A stretch of 64,000 nt of DNA from NCBI RefSeq assembly GCF_009914755.1, contig NC_060929.1. One strand, written 5' to 3'. How positions within the stretch are numbered: position 1 is the stretch's first letter; every line of letters starts with the position of its first letter. The translations under genes were made by a program, and so were the position numbers. Positions 61,106 through 64,000 of this stretch are shown one piece after another. The notes beneath the pieces were generated by a model. That model was not told the origin of the DNA. It did not search any database and saw only the letters and a program-made list of their open reading frames with translations. The stretch comes from the human T2T-CHM13v2.0 reference genome, Homo sapiens.

Positions 61106-62984
61106 CATTCACAGACATTGGCTGAGTGCCCGCAATGTGCCAGCTATTGAGCTAAACTTGGGATGCTAGAAAAGACAATCCCTTTTCTGGATTAGGAAGT
61201 TTACATTTTAAAGATGCAAGAAGGCACTAAACAAGGGCAGTGAGGTACAACAAGCTCTGTGGTTTTATTTCTCCTAAATGGGAGGAAACAGAGAGAGGAA
61301 GAAAAGTATGCAATCTCAGTTGCAAATGGAGGCAGGGGCTCACCATGTTCTCTGATACGATTGTACCGCCCATTGGTAAGAATCAGGTAATTGTCCTGAG
61401 CCTTGTCGAGTTGTTTATTTGTTTGTTTCTTGCAATAGCTTCTAACGTAATTGATCTGCTAAGAATTATTTATAAACTCTCTCATGTAAATGCCCTTACA
61501 ATTGTCAATGGCTGTAATTCTATATCAAGATCAGTGCTATGGCATCTTTGATATAGCTATGAACTTCAAGTTTTATGTTTAAACTTATAGTATAATTTTT
61601 GGAAACATTATTCAATGGTAATGATGTAAAAAATCAATAGGAATGGAAACATGACAAATGTTTCAACAATTAAAATAAAATATTGCTTTCTGTTTAAAAG
61701 AGCATATAGTCACCTTTCAAGTTAAACTTTGGTCTTACAATCTGTTTTAATGATATAAGAGAAAATAAGCTTAATTAGGTTCATTGTAAAGTCCTCAAAA
61801 GAGCAGATCAGAATATCGGTCACTACCTTGTGGCCCAGGTAGAATTCCATAGTGCACAAATTACTGAAGCTCTTTGAATATCTGAACAGTCAGAAAACTC
61901 TATTTAGAATTATGCATATGACAGAGACTAGAATGTGTTCTAAGAATAGCTTACATCACATCAAGAAGAAAAGCACCAGATGATTACTTTTAGTCAATTC
62001 TATTTTTGTACTGTAGGTACTGATAAAAAGCTTCTAACATAACGGAAGTAGCTGTTGCATCACAACATATCATCACATTTTAGAATTGGAAGAAATTGAA
62101 CATGCATCTAATATAATTCCTTTGGACTAGGTCCGAGAAATAAAAGACACACTCAAGTTCACAGAAATATACAATTCTGACTCTTATATTCAGTGCTCTT
62201 ACACATGTATTTTGCTGCTTTGTTATATAAAAATAACAGTAAATACAGATTCAAAAGTTTGGGGAACTTGTGAGTTGAAAGAACAAATCATAATAAAGCA
62301 AACCTAATAAAAGAAAATCTATATTTACACACATGACTAAATGTCAGCGATTTTTATCTTTACAAAAGGATTCACTGAAAGCTTCTGTTAAGTGGTAAAC
62401 TATGTTTTTTCAAGACTTTTATTTGTTTGTACTATATTGATAGCACTATACATGTATTACATAAAATATACCTACTCATAAACTGTCTTTGAGTTATTGG
62501 AGTGATTTCTGTTCTGAGAATTCTGAATTTGTTAATGGACAGATAATGCAGAGAGAAAACTTGATTAAAGCCCTGGCAACAGATGATACTATGACTATAC
62601 CTCAACTAAAATGCCATGTCATAAATAGTTATTTTAATATTTATGGTACTTACTTTTGAGTAGGGATATGGGAAAACCTCTCAAAAGCTATCATCCAGGT
62701 TTTAATATAAGGAGGAACAAACCTAGGAGAGTACTGGGAAATGGGGAATAAATGTATAGAAGTATCTGGCACTGTTAGTTAGTCAGGAAATAAGACATTA
62801 ATAAAGAAAATCTTTTTAAAATTTTGATTATCTACATGCCTTATAAAATATCGCTGCTATACAATATATGATAAAATCTGAGTTTTTCTTACATAGTTTT
62901 TCTTCCAAATCTTTTCAACATGTTCTTAACATCCATGATGTTTAACAGATCTTAAACATTGTTGAAAATATACCATTTTCAATA

Positions 62985-63075
62985 ATATTGCTGTTTTTCC
63001 ATTCCTATATATGCCACTAAGTGCCTGCCACTTAGTGGACACTTAACACAAATTTGTTGAATGAATACATGAATA
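62985..63075 (+). mobile_element. L2 3' terminal fragment
   Basis: agtgcctgccacttagtggacactt…aaatttgttgaatgaatacatgaat. Confidence 0.7.
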
Positions 63076-64000
63076 TGTGTTGATTTTCAATGTAGGAACA
63101 ATTTTAAAATATCAAAAAAATTATTCAATTTCTTGGTCTTTAAATAGCTTATTAGAGGAATAAATTCTAACTGAAAATGATAATAACTAAACTTTATTAT
63201 CTCCTATTTATTACAGGTATTACACAGCAAGTGGGCACCAATATATCATTTCCTCAGTAGTCATAACTGCAATGGATTTTGTTACATCAGTATAGCCAAT
63301 TTACCAAAGAAGTTTGGTCAAAACATCAAAGAATGCCTTACCAATAATCGGATAGTGCCTTTTAACTGTGTCCAAGACCCTACATACTAAGTAGCTTAGG
63401 TTGTGATAATAAAACCTAGATGAACTGCAAACTGCAGTCCAAAACAACACAGGTCATCTCATCTTCTTTGGATAGCTTCCACAACTAAGGCAGCATATGT
63501 GGGTCTTATGATTTTAGAATATAGATGACATCGTCTATATGATAGAAGAACTTTAATAAACACCCAAGTAAATATATGGAAACTCACAATTGCTATAATT
63601 TTGAAATGTAAGGAATTTGACATAACAAAATAGGATGAATTTTGCCTTTGCAGATCAAATACTTTTCAATGCCAGTCTTTTGATGTTTTGATAGCCTATG
63701 CATGTATGTAAGCCATATTTAGAATGCTGCATTGAAGAAGGAATCCGGGCCAGATTACTTGCATTAACTTTGGATGCTCTTTGTTAACTATACTTCTAGA
63801 ATTACAGAGAAGCCTGAGGCCACATTGAAGGGTAATTGAATGACTTGATTCTTGGTAGTAAATTGCAGAAATTAAAGAATAATTTCCCACACTATGTTTA
63901 TTGACCTCATGAAAGCTATTAATGTCGTTAAAAGGCCTGGCTGCACAAAGACAGTCAAGTATCATGGTTGACTTAGCTTTTTGCTCCTGTGTCCCTCTAA

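Overview
Hominoid-primate (human or ape) non-coding genomic DNA. No host protein-coding gene, structural RNA or CRISPR array can be supported; the long ORFs (>150 aa) are LINE-1-derived. The left ~35 kb is almost entirely retrotransposon. Bases 1-18.9 kb form a three-tier nest: an old L1PA12-14/L1PREC2-type host (+) carries an L1PB element, a THE1 solo LTR and an AluS, and the L1PB carries two younger L1PAs, one of them 5'-inverted with a 3' transduction. Old L1MC and MaLR pieces follow, then a full-length L1PA2/L1PA3-6030-type element (-, 28923-34986) with a 16-bp TSD, a 20-nt 3' transduction, the ZNF93-escape deletion, and three evident frame-breaking lesions across ORF1 and ORF2. The right ~29 kb is AT-rich, with ancient repeats (MIR, L2, MER104, LTR33), a two-LTR THE1 provirus inside an inverted L1MB, STRs, a ~90-bp dispersed direct repeat and a few enhancer-like motif clusters. 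I did not find a convincing new biological system. The best leads are retrotransposition-mechanism signatures and candidate regulatory elements. Subfamily calls come from recalled consensus motifs, not alignments, and boundaries of old repeats are approximate.
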